Assembly (NCBI GenBank): GCA_951804945.1
Contig: OX638153.1
Span: 35,836,001-35,900,000, forward strand
Source of the DNA: Podarcis cretensis
Lineage: Eukaryota
Reading direction: 5' to 3'
Length of the DNA stretch: 64,000 nt
Part shown: piece by piece, positions 25,271 to 39,069 of the stretch
Position numbering within the stretch: the stretch's first letter is position 1
How the letters are laid out: the number at the start of each line of letters is the position of its first letter
Position numbers and translations under genes: made by a program
Notes under the pieces: model-generated
Databases searched by the model: none
The model's input: the letters and a program-made list of their open reading frames with translations, nothing else
Told to the model about the DNA's origin: nothing

Positions 25271-27874
25271 CCACATGTAATATCTTCATGTAAATGCAGA
25301 TGAGTAGATTAATTTTCCTTTCCCTGTGAGGATCACCCCCGCCCCCAAATTCTCTGATCAAAATGTCAATGCTGGTCTCAACAACACATTTATTTTTCAA
25401 AGTATTTTAACAATGTTAAAATAGCTTCTCTACACCCCCCCCTCTTTTTTTTGGCAAGGTAATTTCCTGCTTGCAGAAAACATTCAAGGTGGAAAAAAAT
25501 TACTGCTCACTTGTGATCATTTGTCATCCTCAGCTCCTGAACAGGACATGTGGGCTGACAGTTTGTTAATTAAGCTTTTCCAACACAGCATCGTAAAGTT
25601 TTATTTCAGCAAAGGCTGTGCTTACTAGCCAACATGCATTATATCATGCAGCTACTAACCCCGTTTCCAAGCTGAACACACATATGCTTAAAAATAAAAA
25701 TAAAAATGATTAGCTTCTGTCAATTTCCTAAAGTTTTTTTTTTTTTTTTTAAGGAAATGGGCTGACGGGTTCTCAATAAAAGACAAATACACACTTATAA
25801 GTGTTTCTGGGAAGGGCCAGAGAAGTGCTTAATGGGGCCAAACTCAAATGGTCTCCAAATTCTGAATTTCTGTTCACTAGTGATAAATTTGGCGGACAAT
25901 TTTTTCAAGGTTTAATGTCAAGATTGTGTGTTATGTGTCAGTCACAGTGGGAATCCTTCACCTCTCTTCTGAACACAGTGTGTGGAAGAGGCGGCTATCA
26001 TGGCTGCCATTTTTTCCTCACAACGCACTGGACGCAAGGAACTGTGTTCTTCCTACCCTACCTCACTGGTCAGATTACCGAGGAGAACCAGGCACATGGC
26101 CTGAAGTTTTATTGAGGTTTCTGTTGTAGCCACTTGTGCTGCTGCAGAGTCAAGCTGCTTTTCAACTTCACATTTTCAACACCATCAACAACAAAACTAA
26201 TTGTTTTTCCCCCACCATACAAGCAGATACCATATTTCAAATAACCTGCTGGCTTTTCAGCATTTCCCTCTATTTCCATTGTGATCTTAGAGGCAACCTC
26301 CAAGTTGCCCTGGACTGTGCAACAGTTTAAGAATCACAGACTCATCTAGCATTGTCTCCTGGTTTTGTTTTTGTCTGCTACACTGAAAGTTGCAGCAGCC
26401 CAAATGCGAGCGAGTATATGTTAGCGGACACTTCAAGATAACAATTTGAGTAAAATGTGATTGCTGGAAGAAACATAAATCGACTTAAGTTTCTTTCAAA
26501 TCCTCTTAATTCTTTCCTTATTGTGCACGGTTAGATTGTTTGTTAGCCAGACAACATACAGGATAAGAAAAAGCAAAGCATTTTCATTCACTATCAAAGA
26601 GGAAATGGGGTAACAATGCTCTACTCTTCATGTCTATGATTGAGTAAGTCCCACTAAGTTTAATGGACTCACTCCCAGGTAAATGGGTATAGAATTGCCG
26701 CCTGAATAGCTCTGCCATTCTAGTAGATTCCTTAGATACTGTGCACACAAAGCTACTGCCTGTATACGACAAAGAACTGTGGTAAATAAGTCAGGGTAAT
26801 GGCTTTTAAAAAATCACAAACTGTTAATTGTTTTAGGACACACTATTATAATCTCATTCAGTGATTCTCAAACTATATTCCAGCAAGCAATACGTTGAGG
26901 GAAATAATTGGTGAAGTTTGCAATGAAATCTCAAGCCACAAAATATTCTGATATATGCTCTTCAGTGAAACCATGCAATTCCACAATTCTCTCAGTGATT
27001 TTAGGTGGCCATTTTAGGCAATAGTGATTTTAGGTGGCCATTTTAAAAGGTGGAATAATCCCCATGAGGTGACATTCCTTTGCATTCACATGGTAAAACG
27101 GTTCTGTAAAAAAGTGAAAGGCCATGAGGTACTATGAGAGACTTTGGGTGCTACCTTGCTGCACAGGAAAAGATTTCATCAGTTTCCCTGCACTTCCTGT
27201 TCTGTCACCACACCACCTTCCCATTTTGCATTGACATCACTGCGTAGAGAACTGGTTCATGTCATTTCTGTGCAACAGAGAAACATCCAAAGCATGTTTT
27301 GAAATAGAAGCTGTGTCATGATATTGGCTTCCCCAGGATTTGGCAACTTGAACATTTTGCAAGACCGTTTTAGCGTGTGAACATGGGCAGGAAAGCCACA
27401 CCACCATGGCTTGTATATCCCAACTTTGTTCCATTGTGGAACTCAATCTGGTGTCCACTGGTTTTCCAGGCAGCCTCCCATCTAGGCCCTCACTGCATCC
27501 AGCATAGTGGTTGCATCATGTGACTTCATAAGATGCTAAAACTGGTGAATACAGATGACTGATCCCAGTTAGACTCACACAACTACCCATTTACCACACT
27601 GGCTTGCTGTTCTTTGGTGGTTGGTCCCTATAATAATTCAGGAGGTAGTCTAAGGTTTCTTCCCCCTTACCCATCTAAAACTGGTGGAAATGTTTTGCCC
27701 AGAGCTGGGGAATTTGGGTGAAGACAGAAGGCATACAACCATTTTGATGTATGTCTGACACTCTCTGAAGCCAGAAAAGTTATCACAGCGAGTGTCTTCA
27801 AGGCAGAGCAAATAAATAAGCAACATTTCCAGCTATTGCAATAAATCTGTGAAACGTCTGAAGACTTCTCATGA

Positions 27875-27880
27875 TTTATT
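27875..27880 (-). terminator. Candidate RNLS polyadenylation signal (AATAAA)
   Basis: First AATAAA on the minus strand after the stop (about 110 nt downstream), followed by U/GU-rich sequence. Confidence 0.5.
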
Positions 27881-27988
27881 TCCTTAAAATAGAGGTCAAG
27901 TAGGTCAAGTATATCAAGCTTTAGTATACTGTATAATTCGTCATAGAAATAAGATGGCAGGAAACAAACAAACAAATGATGAAAAATC

Positions 27989-28183
<195 letters not shown>

Positions 28184-28712
28184 CTATTCATTATATTGCA
28201 TGACATATGAGTAACTCATATCTCAAGGAAAGACGTGTGTTAATTGGAAGAAACCGTCCCTTCGTTTTAATAATAATTGACACCTATCACAACAAACATG
28301 CTTAGTGCTCTTTCATTCTATAGTAAAATGCTTTATGACATGAGAAGGGAAAAGGAACTGAAACCTCTATAAAATTCATGAAGACCATCTGCCTAAAATA
28401 CATTTGCACTACTGACGTTGCCGAGTTTTGGAACATCGGCAATACGAATCTTAGCAGCACACAATACTTGTCTCAAAGAAAATACAAAGTACCGAAGCCT
28501 GCTTTTTCTGGTTCCAAAGCCATTTCCACTCACTCGTAAATTTACGTTCCTCGCTGGATCTCATGGGGAAATCGAAGGAGGTCTTTCATTCTCCTCTCTT
28601 GCACATGGCATGCTGCCGCACACGTGAGCAAACTGCACTGGGAAAAGTATTTTCCCCAGTATGGCACCTGCCAAGCCAAGTTGGCTTGGTGTGCCTCCCC
28701 TGCACCCGCCAA

Positions 28713-28889
28713 CATGGGTGCCAACTTGAATAAAATATTGGGGGGAGGGAAGGTAAGTCCCATTCGATCAAATGACATGGCATACCATTTGAATGGGAAT
28801 TCCCTTCAACTTTTGGGGAGAGTGGCCCCTTCAAATATTTTATGAGGTGGGGACGAAGGGACCTCAGCTCCTAGGAGTTGGCTTCTACG
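28713..28889. mobile_element. hAT MITE in RNLS intron 6
   Basis: CATGGGTGCCAACT...AGTTGGCTTCTACG imperfect TIR; 8-bp TSD CCCGCCAA/CCCACCAA. Confidence 0.75.
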
Positions 28890-30663
28890 CCCACCAATTT
28901 CAGCATAGTCTGAAGCTGCATGATACAACACCCATGACTGCTAGAGTTAAGCAGGTCTGGGTGCAAAAAGATTCTGGATGGGAGTCCCCCTGGGAAAATC
29001 AATCAACGCTGCCTTGAGTTTCAGGTTGGAACAAAGGTGGGATATAAATGTAAATAAATGGATGCATGACTAGAGAGATAAATAAATAAATAAATAAATA
29101 AATTTAAACTTGGAAAGATTGAATTCCCATGTCTTATATAGGCTACGACTCCAATTAAGAGATTTCTTACGACAGCTAGTACTACAACAACACCATCATC
29201 ATTTAATATAGCTACCCACCAAAAATATCCCTTGTTTGACTTGTAACAAAATAAAGTTAAAAAGACAAAATATAGCAATTAAAAGCAACCACAACAATAA
29301 GAGGCAGCAAAAACCTCCTTACAACTGAGAGCGAATGAATCAAGTTAAGAGTCTGGATTTTAAGAGTCTGGATTTTAAGTACAATTTGCAAGTCTGGGTA
29401 AATAAAAAGGTTTTCAGCTGGCTCCAAAAAGATGATAAAGAAGCCATCCAGGTAGGCCTCTCTGGACAGAGCATGCCTAAGCCTCTGCCCACAAGCCATT
29501 TTATCACTGTGCAGGCTTGCATTATGGCTGTGAATGCCCCTAATCTGATTCAGGGCCTCATTTGGCCCTTTTGAGTGGCCCTAATCTGTTCCTGACCTTG
29601 ATCCAGGGCCCGAAATGGATTGTGGCCTTGCAGAGTTTTTAATTAGGGCTTAAAACCACAATTGAACGTTGGATGGGTAGGTAGGTAGGGGAGGGAGAAG
29701 GAGTCAGTGTGCATGTGTTTCCTTCTACTCCTTCCTCACCTCACCTCCTGACCGACCCTTTAAACAAGCACAGGTTGATCTGGGAGACCTGGGGCTGCCT
29801 CAACCCACTCTGGCTAAATCCTGGGTCAACCAGAATCAGTTCAGGATTTGGGATTTGGCTGGAGCAATGGTTTGCCTATATTCAGCATTATTAAAATGAA
29901 ACACCTCTCAATTTGAAGAGAGCACAGAAGCAGTGGTCTGAATCCAGTACATTAAAACACAATGTATGTTGAGCCTATGATATTGCTAATGGTCAAGGAA
30001 TTCTCTAAACAGTGAGAAACGGCATTACATTTCTCTGGGCAAAGTAAACACTGCATGCGTGGTCCCCCACCCCCCTTGACTTTGTTAGGAGAGGAGTGGA
30101 ATAGATTCCTTTTAGCATCAATAGACCTGTTTACAGAAAGAGAGTACAATATAAATAAAAAGGAACATAGACTGTGATTACTGCTGATGCAAATGGAAAT
30201 AGCTGTTTATATGTTTACAGATATGGAATTTGCCTGGGCTTTATAAAAGGGACACACCCACAGATTAATGTCAACAGGGCAAAACAGCAACTACTGCTTA
30301 TCGAAACCTCTGACTCAGATGAAAGAAGTGATACGGAAATACTTTATCTTGAATTAAAGCGATGCCTGCCATATGGCCGTATGGCTATAAAGATGAGCCA
30401 CAGCTGAGTCAGCAAGCTAATGTCAGCCCCTTCTTCCTTCCTCTTGGCCTCGCTTTCTGTCCTCCTGCACTCTTAGCCTTCTCCTGCTTCCCGCCTTTTC
30501 CTTCACATCTTGCTTCATCCGTCCTGTTCATCCCCATCCCTTCTCCATTTGGCTATCACTTCTACCATATGCCTTTTCCTAGGCTACCTACTGCCTCCCT
30601 CTTTTAACCCCCATGTTTACCTTCTTGCCTACTCATCTGACCTTTCTGCATTTGCCCCCTCTT

Positions 30664-30815
30664 CCATAGCTCAGTGGTAAAGCATCTGCTTTATATAGAA
30701 GGTCCCAGGTTTAACCCCCAGCCTGACACCATGGAGAGCTCCTGACAGGCAGTGTGGACAGCACTGAGCCTGATGGAGGAAGGGTCTGCTTCAGTACAAG
30801 ATATCTTCCTATGCT
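30664..30815 (+). mobile_element. Second-family tRNA-derived SINE with an internal deletion
   Basis: ccatagctcagtggtaaagcatctgcttt..aaggtcccaggtt..cttcctatg. Confidence 0.75.
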
Positions 30816-30907
30816 GCCTTGTTTCCCTATATATAACTCATAGCAAAGTTCACCCTTGAGATGGCTGAATCCTTCTAACAACAAGCAGAATTTATTATTA
30901 TTATTAT

Positions 30908-31257
30908 TAAAGGTAAAGGGACCCCTGACCATTAGGTCCAGTCATGGCCGACTCTGGGGTTGTGGCGCTCATCTCGCTTTATTGGCCGAGGGAGCTGGTG
31001 TACAGCTTCCGGGTCATGTGGCCAGCATGACTAAACTGCTTCTGGCGAACTAGAGCAGCACATGGAAATGCCGTTTACCTTCCCGCCAGAGCGGTACCTA
31101 TTTATCTATTTGCACTTTGACGTGCTTTCGAACTGCTAGGTTGGCAGGAGCATGGACCGAGCAATGGGAGCTCACCCCGTCGTGGGGATTCGAACCGCCA
31201 ACCTTCTGATTGGCAAGTCCTAGGCTCTGTGGTTTAACCCACAGCGCTATCCGCGTC
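30908..31257 (-). mobile_element. Sauria SINE inserted in a (TTA)n microsatellite, RNLS intron 6
   Basis: Same consensus as the other copies; (TTA)n on both flanks. Confidence 0.93.
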
Positions 31258-31288
<31 letters not shown>

Positions 31289-32058
31289 CTCCCGCTAAAG
31301 TAAGGCAGGCAAAACATTACTAACAACTCTTAAAGCAAATCTAACATCAAGTCTTAAACCTCAGGATTCTTGTTTCGTATTCAAATTAACAGCTAAAGAC
31401 ATTCACAGGAACATAATGCTCAGCCTGACTGATGGAGACATTCCTCCTTTATCAGTTTTATTTTACTCATTTATTGCTTTATCTTATACATGTTTATCAC
31501 CAAGCGTTGCAACACCAACTTTTGCAAAACTTTTATTTAGAAGGCAGTTGTTAACAAAGAGCATCAGCCTTTGTATCATAATAATTGACAAGATGTGTGA
31601 ACTGAAACATCCCAAGTGGCTTTTGCTGAAGTCTGCTGAAAATCTCAAGGGAATGGATAACGTGGGTGATGCTAATGGCTGCATCTGATGACAAAGCAAT
31701 CAACATGGCTGAAAAAAGGTCCAGTTTTACGCTCTCCCTGGTTAAGTTTTTCACTACGATGGATGCCAATATTTATGAATGTTGCTGTCTAATATTTATT
31801 GAATCAGAGATACGCTTGTAATATTGACTGAAATGTCCATCTTCTGGCAAGACTAAGAGAAGGGATTGTGCATCATGTTAACTGAGATCAATGAATAATT
31901 TAGAGTGGCCTGCATTTTCATTTTCCTTTATGCATGTAATATAAAGCCCAATATCTATCCTCACCATTGACAGAGCCATGTAAAGCCAGGGCTTTACATT
32001 ACATGCACTTCATGCCAAGTAGCATGGTTGGCTATTGACACCAATTGCAACATCCACT

Positions 32059-32087
32059 GGTGTGTGTGTGTGTGCGCGCGCGCGCGT
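32059..32087 (+). repeat. (GT)n(GC)n alternating purine-pyrimidine tract
   Basis: Directly visible. Confidence 0.9.
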
Positions 32088-33814
32088 TGAGTGTTGATGG
32101 AGTTAGGGAACAGACAGAACCCAGGCCCTTTTCTTTCCTCTGGAGAAAGGTGGGGTGTTAGGGCTCACCATGATATTTGACTGAGGGAACTTCCAAGCTG
32201 TCAACAATCTATGGGAAGGGCTGAAGTGCATACTGGGAAATTGAGCCTTGCATAGCTGAAGTGGGTTAAAGCACTCCGCCATCCTAGCACAACAAATACA
32301 CTTTTAAAAAAATAAACAGGCTTTTTGCAGTTAGGAAGGTGATGGGGGAAATGCACTGAAAAGCGTGGAATGAATGAATGATTAACCAGAAGTACAAATG
32401 CCCTGAAAGCATATCAGAATGCTCATTGTTCTATCCAGGCAGAGACTGAGTACAATCCAACCTCCTTGTAAGCTTAATGCAAGCAAATCAGGATGCTCAA
32501 TTGACTGTCTGGAGGAGCCATGAAACTGAAAATACAGTGAGAGAAGGCTGAGCTTCTCTTACCCTGCTGCTCCATGAGCATAGTTTAAAAACCATCTAAG
32601 TATACAGTGCCTTGAACTTTCTAAATTTAAAATTGGATTTTGTTTTTAGATACTTTTGTCCAATACTTCTGTCCAATTTTCCTTCCATTCTGGGGGTGGG
32701 GGGAGCAGCCCCTTGGAAATTCCCAACTGACCCATTACAGAGAACAAATAGCTGAGCCTGCAGGATGAGAGAAAGAAAGGGAAAGAAATTATTTTGTACA
32801 AGGAGGAAAAGGGGAAGATAGGGTGTGAAAACAAAGTGGAGCAGGGCCCAACAGGAAAGTGATGTGACCAAATTAAGCCATGGCCGAAGAAGAGCCCAGC
32901 AGGCCCATCTAATCCAACATCCTGTTATCAGGGGCCAGACACATTCCTATGGGAAAGAGGACTTTTGGATCTCTCTCTCTCTTTCTCTCCTCGCCTCCTG
33001 CATCAGCCTTTCCAACTCAGTCAATGGATATTCCCCCTACACATTCTACCACTGTGGTTAAGGATCTGCAGCCAAGAACCAACTGTGCAGTAAACCCAGC
33101 AAAGTTTCTCCTTCCCATGTGTATCAGCTCCCTTTAACATTTAGCATGCCCAGTGGCCTTTTTTTGTTTAAAAGGTGGTGGGGGGGGGAGAGGAAAGAAC
33201 TGTCTCCAGCCAGCTGTCATATGTGGGCCACTGAGCTTTCTTTAATAATGGAAGGGATGTGCTTTTAGGAAGCAGTTCGAGACTTGACAGCTCGTGGTGG
33301 CCTGTTTGGCCTGCCTGATTCCACCTTTTGCAAACGAGCCCATATAAAAAAAGCAGGGCTCTCTAGAGAGTGCAGAGTACAGTAGATGAGTCATGCAGAG
33401 CACTACTGTGACATCTGCTACCACGGCTATCGTTATGGATCCGTAAGCCTGCCTGTTCAGGCTGACGGTGTGTGTGTGTGGGAGGAGTTAATGGGAGAGA
33501 GGGAGAGGGAGAGAGAGAATTTCTCTTTCCTGAACTCTGTAACGCAGTGCCAGACTGCTGTTTTCAAAGCTGCAGCTTCTCAAGGGACATGCAGAGGGGC
33601 ACGGCATCTATGGCAGTGCCTAGGAGCAATCTGTCTGCAGAGAACATACGTGCAGGAGGAATCCAGGCGCACGCTTCTGGGACCGGCTTTCGCCGCTCCA
33701 CATTGTCACGGAAAGGAGGGCAGGGGCAGGGCATGCCCCAGTGAAATGACAGTTGTATCCAGGAATGAATACAACAAGGGGGAAGGAAGGAAAGGAAAAG
33801 AATGACCAAACTCA

Positions 33815-34580
33815 GTGGGGCCTTGTAGACATCTAGTGCAACCCCCTCCTTGGTACAAGAAACCCATAGCTAGATGATTTGACTCTGCTTAAAGACCTCC
33901 ACCTCTCCCTTAGATAATTGGTTCGACTATAGGCTTGTTCTTACTAAGATGTTTCTCCAGCTGAAATCCACCCTCCTATACCGATTTAAGCCCAGTAGTT
34001 TTCGTCCTATCCTCTGGGGCAGCAGAGAACAAATCTTTGCTGTCTTCTGTGTGAGAATCTTTGGGTATCTGAGTGCTGTTGCAATCTGCCTCAGAATTCA
34101 CCAGACCCAAATCGCCCATTTTTTTCCAAGCTTTCCTCATAGGCCTTATTTTCCAGATTCTCAATCATCTTTGTTGCCTTTCTCTGAACCTGTTTTGGTT
34201 TGTCTATTTGTCTTTTGTTGCCTTTCTCTGAACCTGTTTTGGTTTGTCTATTTCCTTCTTAAAGTGTGAAGGCAGAACTGTGCACAGTGCTTCCAGATGA
34301 GCTCTGAACTGTGCAGAATAAAGTGGTGCCTTTACTTCTTACGTATTGGAAACCATGGCTCTATTAACTGCAGGCTAAAACTGCATTAGCCTGTATTGAT
34401 GCTGTATCACACAGCTGACTCATGTTCACGTTGTGCAGGACTGTGATCCAGACATCACAGCCAGGTATTCCCCCCAAATCCTATACTTGTACAATTGATT
34501 TCCTTCCCTCTAACTGAAGAACTCTGCAATTTTCTCTGTTGAATTCGGTTTCTTTTTGTTTCAGACCAGTTTTCTATTCC
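33815..34580 (-). mobile_element. Degraded CR1 LINE 3' fragment
   Basis: CR1-type 3' tail (catctagtgcaacccc) and decayed RT C-terminal sequence; internal ~41-bp tandem duplication at 34169-34252. Confidence 0.75.
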
Positions 34581-34873
34581 TTTTCATTTTGCCAGAAATA
34601 TTGATCAACAATGGGAAAACATCCAGAAATTTAAAACGCTATGAAAATTGTATTATATTTATCAGGACACCTAATGTCCATTATTACTTCCATTATTATG
34701 TGGCCTACATTATTAAGATTCACTTGTAATTATCACTCTTTTTAGAGAAGCTAATCAGTGCCATGCTCTACTCAAATCCTGTATTGTGATGTATAGTTGC
34801 TTCTGAAGAGTTCTTGTGAACAATTAGTACTAAATGTGGCCACCAAACTGCAGGATGGACCACAGAGAATATA

Positions 34874-35105
34874 CAGCCGTACCTTGGAATTCAAACAGAA
34901 TCTGTTCTGGAAGTCCGTTTGGCTTCCAAAACATTCAAAAACCAAATCATGGCTTCTGAAGCTCCTGCAGCCAATCAGAAGCCGCAGAAGCCCCATCGGA
35001 TGTTCGGCTTCCAAAAGAACATTCGCAAAGTGGAACAATCACTTCCAGGTTTGCAGCATTTGGGAGTCAAAATGTCCAGGGCATTCGGGATCCAAGGTAT
35101 GACTG
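34874..35105. mobile_element. Tc1/mariner MITE (CAGTGGTACCTTGG family)
   Basis: CAGCCGTACCTTGGA...TCCAAGGTATGACTG; TA TSD. Confidence 0.85.
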
Positions 35106-37459
35106 TATGTTAATTCTGATGAAATCTAGTGGTTCCCAGTTCATTTTCTGGGCCCAATTCATTAATCTTTGACTGCCATTCAGAGTAGTTAAAGGACCAT
35201 CTTCTCCACTATAAACCTACCTATTCTTCAAAATATTCCTTGGAGGCCTGCTTTCACTTCATGTATGGGAGAGAATTGCCCTGGGCAGGGTCTCTACTGT
35301 GGTGGCTTTAAGGCTTTGGAACTCCGAGACAAACAGTGTGTTTGCAAGGCACCTTTTGCTGTCTATGGTACTGAGCTTTTTGTTCTGCTGCTTTTTTGCT
35401 TTTGTTGTTGCTGTTTCAAATAACTGTATTTGGTTTTGATGCTGTTTAGCTGCCTTAGAGTGTCAGTGTTGTGAAATGTGAAAGGGAAAAAGATAGAGTT
35501 TTTAAAACTAGATGAAATAGAATAGGGTGGCAACTGAAATGACAACTGGACCAAAAGTCATCTGAACAACCAAACCCCATTTTAACACACAGTAGAAATG
35601 AACATTATTAATGTTTTTGGTGGTGGTGGTGGGGAATGGGACATAGATCTACGCTTGGTTCAGAGTAAAGGTTCTTTTAGGTAGATCAAAAGATGTACAT
35701 CCCTCTGGCAGTGAGACCAAAGGATATACTGTAGAAATGAAAGACAACAAAACAAATGAGAAGGTTTTAAAAAATAATAAACAACAGCTTAAGAAGAAGA
35801 ATGCAACCCCCCCTTCAAATCTTCCCAGTAAAATTTCCCACTTGACTCTTCCTTGGAATCTGTTGTTGTTTAGTTTGGATTTGCTTCTTCTGGATCAAAG
35901 ATTTGTTTAGAAGTGCAGCTGAACTACAAATGTCAAGTTTACTGCTCTACTTCCCTTGTGTTATTGTATGCCACTAGGTACAGGGCAGCACAAAGCATCA
36001 ACCTTAGTAAGAAACCGATGGTACCGAGCAACAACAGCTCCGATCATTCGAAAGAAAAATAATTGTCTACAAGATAATAAATCTCATTTGCCTCAGGTGT
36101 TTAACTGGGACTTGGAAAATCCAGCCCCTCTGCTGTTAATAATTTAACTGGCACTCTAAGCCAGTTAAAACTAGGGAGCCTAGCTCACCTGTTCCTGGAC
36201 TGTAATGGGGAGGAGAATGGACAAAGCAAAAGAGGGCCACCTGAAAGGGAGCAGGGCGCAACAGGAGTGAACAACGGTGTGCAGAAGCAACTGGGCAAGA
36301 CACAAGCCTGTGGACCTACAATTCTTGATTCAAACAATGGACAGATGAGAACCCTATCCTATGGAGGGGAAGAGAGTTAAAAGAGGTCTTCTGTCCTTTG
36401 GCCACATTGGATCTTCTAGTCAGTGTGTACATAGAATAATAGCATTGTAGAGTTGGATAAGATGCTGAGGGTAATCTAGTCCAACCCCACTGTAATCCAG
36501 CAATCACGCAAGTATGCATACATATACACGCACACAGGGAAGAAATGCCCATGTAGGATTATTATTAGCTGACAGTGCTGTACTTCCAAATTCAAAATCC
36601 ACTTCCATAGGGTCGTTTGGGCTGTACGATACCTGTGGCAGAGATGCCCTTCCAATTCAGCAGGAGAGACCAAGCCAACGTGCCTCTTGACCCTTTGAGC
36701 TTGGGAATGGGAGGCAGGTCTGCTTTTAAATGGCGCTACCTCTTTGCTTTAGGAATGTGGGCTCCTTTAACATATAATTTCAATGATACAGCAAATGCGC
36801 TGCTTATAAAAAAGTATGAAATGGCCATATTGCTAAGGCTATGCTCCCCCCCCCCCGCCCGAGTCCTACCACAATGCAACATGATGGCTGAAAAGACTTT
36901 CTGGCTCAGGAATCCTTGATTGCTGATGCTAATGTTGTCTTATCATAATTAAACCATGGGATAGAGCACGGCAGCTGTGCTGCTAAGTAGTATCAATAGA
37001 AGTTTGGGAGGACTAATCCCACATCTTCCATGGATAATTGTAATGTCTGCATTTTAATCCTGGGATTGTATTTGGCCCATATGAAGGGCATAATGGCTGT
37101 ACTGAATTAACAAAAAGAATAAATCCCGCTTGAAAGCCTCGGGGGGTTGGGGGGACCATGTCCACCCTTCATTTTCTCCTTTTGCTGCTGTGTCAATAGT
37201 TGATTGGAATGTTAAAGCAGAAATAGCTGTAAGGTAATTAGCGAGCACCACTGTATAGCACTTAAGCGTAGTCAGTTCTTGCAGGGAGCTTCCTTTCTGA
37301 GAATGCATTCTTCAATTACATTCACTTAATGCCATCTACGGGGACAGATCTATGGCTGACAAATAAGCTTCTTATGAATCAGCCACATCTAATATATAAG
37401 CATGTGTGAATTAATGGGGCAGGCAAAGACCTCTTTGTCACCATCACCACCACCACCAC

Positions 37460-38555
37460 CATTGTTATTTATTAAATTTCTATACCACCTTTTACTTGAA
37501 GATTACAGGGTGGTTTACAATATAAAAACAGAAGAAATACATACCATAATAACAAACCAAAACAATAGAGTGGTACCTTGGTTCTCAAATGTAATCCATT
37601 CCGGAAGTACGTTCGACTTCCGAAACATTCAAAATCCAAGCCGCGTTGGATGTTTGGCTTCCGAAAAACATTCAAAACCCGGAACACTTACTTCCGGGTT
37701 TTCAGCATTCAGGAGCAGATTTGTTCGTCAACTATGCTGTTTGAGAACCAAGGTTCCACTGTATCTCTTTCCCCCTCCCCAGATTAAAAGGTCACAGTTT
37801 AATTATCTTAAGGCCTGGGAAAAGAGGTATGGTTTAGCCAGACACCTAAAGATATGCAAGACTCCCCAGGGATAGAATTCCACAAATGGGGAGTCACTGC
37901 AGAAAAGGCCCATTCTCATGTTGCAGTCCTTGAGGTACTGCAGTCCTAAGCTGTTTAAGGTTTTATAGGTCAAAACCAGCAGTCTGAAATGGGCCCAGAA
38001 ACTAATTGGCAGCCTGTGCAGTTGGGCCAAGATTGGCATTATATGCTCAAAGCGTCTTGCCTCAGAGAGCAACCTGGCCACTAAATTCTGCACCAGTTAA
38101 AGTTTCCGAACTGTCATCAGAGGCTGCTCCACGTATGACGCATTGTTGTAATCTAACCTAGAAGTTACCAGAGCATACACAACAGCAGTTAAACTGTCCC
38201 TGTCCTGATATGGGTGCAGCTGGGCCACCAGCCAAACTAATGGAAGGAACTCCACGGCACCGAGGCCACGTGAACCTCAAGTGACAGCAAAGTACCCCTG
38301 AGCTATGTACCTGCTCCTTCAGAAGAAGTGTAACCCCATCAAGAGCATACCACCTCCCAGCCATTCAGCCTAGGGAACCACTCACTAACAATGCCTCATT
38401 CTTATATGGATTGAGCTTCAGTTTATTAGCTCTCATGCAGTCCATTACCAAAGCAAGAAAATGGTCCAGCACATACACTGCCTCACCTGTAAATGTAAAG
38501 GAGAAGTGGAGCTATGTGCCATCAGCATATTGCTGACAATGTTCTCCAAAACACT
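37460..38555 (-). mobile_element. Older degraded L2 LINE fragment interrupted by a Tc1/mariner MITE
   Basis: Decayed L2 ORF2 peptides (QNLVARLL..HIMPILAQLHRLPISFWAHFRLLVLTYKTLN, LDGVTLLLKEQVHS, QYAD) and an L2-like tail. Confidence 0.8.
37568..37761. mobile_element. Tc1/mariner MITE nested in L2
   Basis: GAGTGGTACCTTGGTTCTCAAA...TTTGAGAACCAAGGTTCCACTG; TA TSD. Confidence 0.88.
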
Positions 38556-38757
38556 AGGTGATTTATGATTTCACGTGCAGAGGACATTATCTGGCATGTA
38601 GGTTATTATGTGCATTATAAGGTTTGCATAAATGTTAAATGCAAAGATTCATGTCCCATTTACTTTGGCCCTGAGCCCCATATGCCTAGCCCTAAAGTAC
38701 CATGCCACACAACCCTATGCTTGGTTCTTGGCTAACCTGTAGTGGACACAGAAGGCC

Positions 38758-39069
38758 ACCTCCATCATTCTGCCCGGACTCTGAGGTCCAGCGCCGAGGG
38801 CCTTCTGGCGGTTCCCTTGCTGCGAGAAGCCAAGTTACAGGGAACCAGGCAGAGGGCCTTCTTGGCAGTGGCACCCGCCCTCCCACCAAATGTCAAAGAG
38901 AAAAATAACTACCAAACTTTTAGAAGACATCAGAAGGCAGCCCTGTTTAGGGAAGCTTTTAACGTTTAATAAGTTATTGTATTTTAGTGTTTTGTTGGAA
39001 GCCGCCCAGAGCGGCTGGGGAAACCTAGCCAGATGGGAGAGGGAAAATAATAAACTATTATTATTATTA
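38758..39069 (+). mobile_element. 3' fragment of the same L2 family
   Basis: Translates HHSARTLRSSAEGLLAVPLLREAKLQGTRQRAF, near-identical to the C-terminus of the 60.9-62.2 kb copy; same stem-loop and (TTA)n tail. Confidence 0.9.

Noticed and set aside
26993-27045. Short tandem duplications (also at 13447, 29346, 41184, 60459)
   Set aside because: Ordinary slippage duplications with no further structure.
1-27800. Possible PTEN exons or alternative RNLS terminal exons
   Set aside because: No recognisable PTEN or renalase peptide found by eye; short or non-coding exons cannot be excluded without RNA data.
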